Below are positions 61,426 through 64,000 of a DNA stretch of 64,000 nucleotides, piece by piece. The notes beneath the pieces were generated by a model. That model was not told the DNA's origin, searched no databases, and saw only the letters and a list, made by a program, of their open reading frames with translations. A program made the position numbers and the translations under genes. Positions within the stretch are counted from its first letter, which is position 1, and every line of letters begins with the position of its first letter. The stretch lies in NCBI GenBank assembly GCA_031416315.1, contig JANOTL010000169.1:19526-83525 (forward strand). Reading direction: 5' to 3'. Source of the stretch: Pseudomonadota bacterium (GTDB lineage Bacteria; Bdellovibrionota_B; Oligoflexia; Oligoflexales; CAIYRB01).

Positions 61426-62595
61426 ATGGTCGAAGAACGAGCCATTCGGCGCATTGCGTTGTGGGAGACGGGCTTTCGGCCCTTCTTTCTCCTCGGCTGC
61501 TTCGGCGGCATGGTCCTTCTGCTGACTTGGGTGTGGACGTACGCTCTCAGTGGGCCAACGTCTACGATCGATGTCCTGTGGCACTCGCACGAGATGATCC
61601 ACGGATTTGCCGTTGCCATCATCGTTGGTTTCCTTCTCACATCATCGCAGAGTTGGACCGGCGTCCGCGGCATCCACGGCGCTCCATTGATGCTCTCTGC
61701 AGGACTCTGGCTCGTCGGAAGAATTGCGGCATTGGCGTCGACGTTGAGCCCGCATGTCGTGGCGGGAATCGACCTTGCCTTTCTTCCTTGCGTTGCGGTG
61801 CTCCTCGGGCGCTACCTGCTGCGCGCCGGTCAACGTCGCAATATGATCTTTCTAGCGCTCCTCGGCATGCTTTGGCTCAGCAATGCCGCCTACCATCTCG
61901 ACCGATTGCAGGCGTGGCCAGGCGCCGGGCGTCAAGGCCTGCTCTTTGGAGTCCACGTCATCGTTACGATGATGCTCGTCGTTTCCGGTCGTGTGATTCC
62001 CTTCTTTTCAGAGCGGAGCCTGGAAGGATACGTCCGCCGGGGTAGGCAGTCCCTGGATCTTGCCGTCGTCGGCGCAGGCGCGGCCTTTACCGCTGCCCAC
62101 CTTTGGAATGAGGTCTCGACGGTCACCGCGCTCGCGGCAACGGTCGCCGGCACAGTCTCACTGCTTAGACTGACGCTTTGGTTTGACAAGCGTGTTCGCC
62201 GGCTGCCGATCCTTTGGATCCTCTACGCCGGCTACGCGTGGATCGTCATTGGGTTCTATCTCTCCGCGGCTGCAGGCGCGGGGCTCATCGCATCGTCGAT
62301 CGCAACGCATGCATTCACCGCAGGAGCGATCGGCGCCATGATCGTAGGGATGGTGTCCCGTGTGAGCCTCGGCCATACTGGACGGCCCTTACGCGCGTCG
62401 CTCCTCACGATCGTCGCCTACGGGCTCGTCCTCGGCGGCGCTCTGGTGCGTGTTTTTGGGCCAATGGCGGCTCCATCCCGCTACGGGGAAATGATGGTCC
62501 TGGCGGGCGGTCTCTGGTCCGTGGCCATCGCTGCCATCTTATGGGTCTATACGCCCAAATTACTGTTTCAACGCGCGGATGGTCGCGTCGGCTAG
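61426..62595 (+). CDS. nnrS: NnrS family membrane protein (NO response)
   Basis: GFRPFFL, WHSHEMIHGF, GFLLT..WTG, GRVIPFF, HA...G, RVSLGHTGR. Confidence 0.93.
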   Translation: MVEERAIRRIALWETGFRPFFLLGCFGGMVLLLTWVWTYALSGPTSTIDVLWHSHEMIHGFAVAIIVGFLLTSSQSWTGVRGIHGAPLMLSAGLWLVGRIAALASTLSPHVVAGIDLAFLPCVAVLLGRYLLRAGQRRNMIFLALLGMLWLSNAAYHLDRLQAWPGAGRQGLLFGVHVIVTMMLVVSGRVIPFFSERSLEGYVRRGRQSLDLAVVGAGAAFTAAHLWNEVSTVTALAATVAGTVSLLRLTLWFDKRVRRLPILWILYAGYAWIVIGFYLSAAAGAGLIASSIATHAFTAGAIGAMIVGMVSRVSLGHTGRPLRASLLTIVAYGLVLGGALVRVFGPMAAPSRYGEMMVLAGGLWSVAIAAILWVYTPKLLFQRADGRVG

Positions 62596-63186
62596 CGACT
62601 TGCGGATGGCCATGAGGGTCGCATCGCGGCCGACGCCGAGCTCGGCTTGCTGGTGGAGGACTGCACCGTTTGGAGCGAGCACCGTAACGGTGTTCGAGTG
62701 CGAGAACTCGCCATTTTGAAGCTTCTTGAACTGCGCGCCGAGCGCGACGGCCAATTCCCGCGCTCCGTCCTCGGTCCCGGTCAGAAGCGTCCAATGATTG
62801 GTGTCCAGCTTGCGCTCGATGGCGAATTCCTTGAGCCGCGCCACCGTATCTCGAGCCGGGTCGAACGAAAAAAGGCGGATGCGCACATGCGAGCGCTCCA
62901 CTTCCGATAGTTTTCCTTGTATTGCGAGCAGCTCCTGGGTGATGAGGGGGCAAGACATCTGACACGATGTGTAGACGAGCGCCACCAAGGTCGTCCCCTC
63001 TTTCGCCCGTCGCCAGACGAAGGCCTTGTCGTCTTGATCCTTCCAGAGGCCGGGAAGATCGAACAACGACGGGTCCTCGCCCGACTGGGCTCGAGCCTGC
63101 CGCGTCGCGGTCGTGAGAAAGATTGCCAAGGCCATGAACAAGCCCGCTTTCAGACTACTTCGCGCAGCGAAAACCGAGGTTGCCAA
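62560..63186 (-). CDS. SCO family copper chaperone (start uncertain: TTG 63186 or ATG 63135)
   Basis: YTSCQMSCP (CxxxCP), SFDPARD, FSHSN. Confidence 0.88.
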   Translation of the reverse strand: MATSVFAARSSLKAGLFMALAIFLTTATRQARAQSGEDPSLFDLPGLWKDQDDKAFVWRRAKEGTTLVALVYTSCQMSCPLITQELLAIQGKLSEVERSHVRIRLFSFDPARDTVARLKEFAIERKLDTNHWTLLTGTEDGARELAVALGAQFKKLQNGEFSHSNTVTVLAPNGAVLHQQAELGVGRDATLMAIRKSLADATIRALKQ

Positions 63187-63958
63187 GAGCGAACCCTCCT
63201 TTGATGCTCGAACGGAACGCGATTCGCATGAAGGTGGCGTAGGCCCCCGGATCAGCGCCGCCGAGTGCGGCCGCCCCGCAGAAGAGACCACGTTCGCCTG
63301 CTGAACCATCGCGCGCGTCATCTCCGGACATGGCGGAGTTAAAGTCCTGGGTCCACTCCCAGACGAGGCCGTGAAGGTCATGGACGCCTATGGCCGTGGC
63401 CGGAGTCGATCCCACGTTCGGCTGAACGTCCGGTGTCGGCCGCCCGTACCATTCGAGGATGATTTCGCCTGGATCTCCCGTCAGCGTTCCCAAGAACTGG
63501 CTGGCGTCTGCGGCGTACTCCCACTCGACGGTCGTCGGAAGCCTCTTCTTCCGCCATGCGCAGTAGGCCTTGGCCGCAAACCAAGAAACATGAACCACCG
63601 GGCCATCCGGCGGCGCCTCTTTCCCGAGTCGAGCCTCCGTCGCCCAATGCCTGAGGTAGACACTTTCCGCAAACAGGCGCGGAACCTGGCCCCGCTGCCA
63701 CTTCGGGTTGCCGACGACGAACTCGAGAAACTGGCGATTCGTCACCGGAAACTGATCCAACTTGAAGCCGTCGACCTGGATTTCGGGAAACACCGGCGCC
63801 ATTCCGGGCGCGAGCCGTTCGGGAACGAACGAGCGCTGGACTCCTGCCGCAACACTCCTCATTTCTGATTGAGCGAAGGACGTCTGGGTCGCAACTGTCG
63901 CCATTGCGACTAGCGCAAGGATCGATCCGAGAGCCATGAATCCATTCCGTCCGTCCAT
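63155..63958 (-). CDS. Formylglycine-generating enzyme (SUMF1/NirV-like) family exported protein
   Basis: PVTN.QF, PVVHVSWFAA.AYC, RLPT..EWEYA, DLHGLVWEW, NLGFRCA. Confidence 0.88.
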   Translation of the reverse strand: MDGRNGFMALGSILALVAMATVATQTSFAQSEMRSVAAGVQRSFVPERLAPGMAPVFPEIQVDGFKLDQFPVTNRQFLEFVVGNPKWQRGQVPRLFAESVYLRHWATEARLGKEAPPDGPVVHVSWFAAKAYCAWRKKRLPTTVEWEYAADASQFLGTLTGDPGEIILEWYGRPTPDVQPNVGSTPATAIGVHDLHGLVWEWTQDFNSAMSGDDARDGSAGERGLFCGAAALGGADPGAYATFMRIAFRSSIKGGFALGNLGFRCAK

Positions 63959-63968
63959 GTGCGTCTTC

Positions 63969-64000
63969 CTACTTCTTCTTCCTCGCCGCCTTGACCTCTT
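63969..64000 (-). CDS. 3' end of an upstream gene, possibly NirK with a C-terminal cytochrome c domain
   Basis: ..EVKAARKKK* ends 10 bp before the FGE gene; identity inferred only from context. Confidence 0.35.
   Translation of the reverse strand, partial: EVKAARKKK

Overview
High-GC bacterial chromosome segment, probably Bdellovibrionota/Oligoflexia-like (inferred from a GYF_2-PilZ protein, a TIGR02147/DUF4423 remnant and many orphan lipoproteins). Housekeeping genes: recJ (partial), cbpA-type dnaJ, rpsA-lapA-rsmB, proS, ybaK, guaB-guaA-dnaE, ade, potABC/potD, tRNA-Arg(UCU) and tRNA-Ala(CGC). Accessory content: (1) a split 2-aminophenol meta-cleavage pathway (amnBA convergent with RidA-ALDH-SDR); (2) a response regulator + BLUF photoreceptor pair; (3) an 8-kb divergent locus (28544-36730) of exported proteins: a DUF1501-like Tat protein, a diheme DUF1549/1588/1585-like lipoprotein, two other lipoproteins and two further Tat substrates, one with SOR/SoxYZ-like His motifs; (4) a nnrS / SCO / FGE-family / probable nirK block after tRNA-Ala. 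The strongest non-coding signal is a recurring sigma-28 (FliA)-like promoter, TAAA/TAAG/TCAA-N15/16-GCCGAT/GCCGAA, upstream of most orphan exported-protein genes and three times in the 28.5-36.7 kb locus. Several lipoproteins also share a G-L-x-L-[SAN]-[DEG] motif. lapA has an in-frame TAG and a CAP lipoprotein has a frameshift; both may be sequencing errors. No CRISPR array, integrase or transposase was seen. All family calls come from motif recognition, not database searches.
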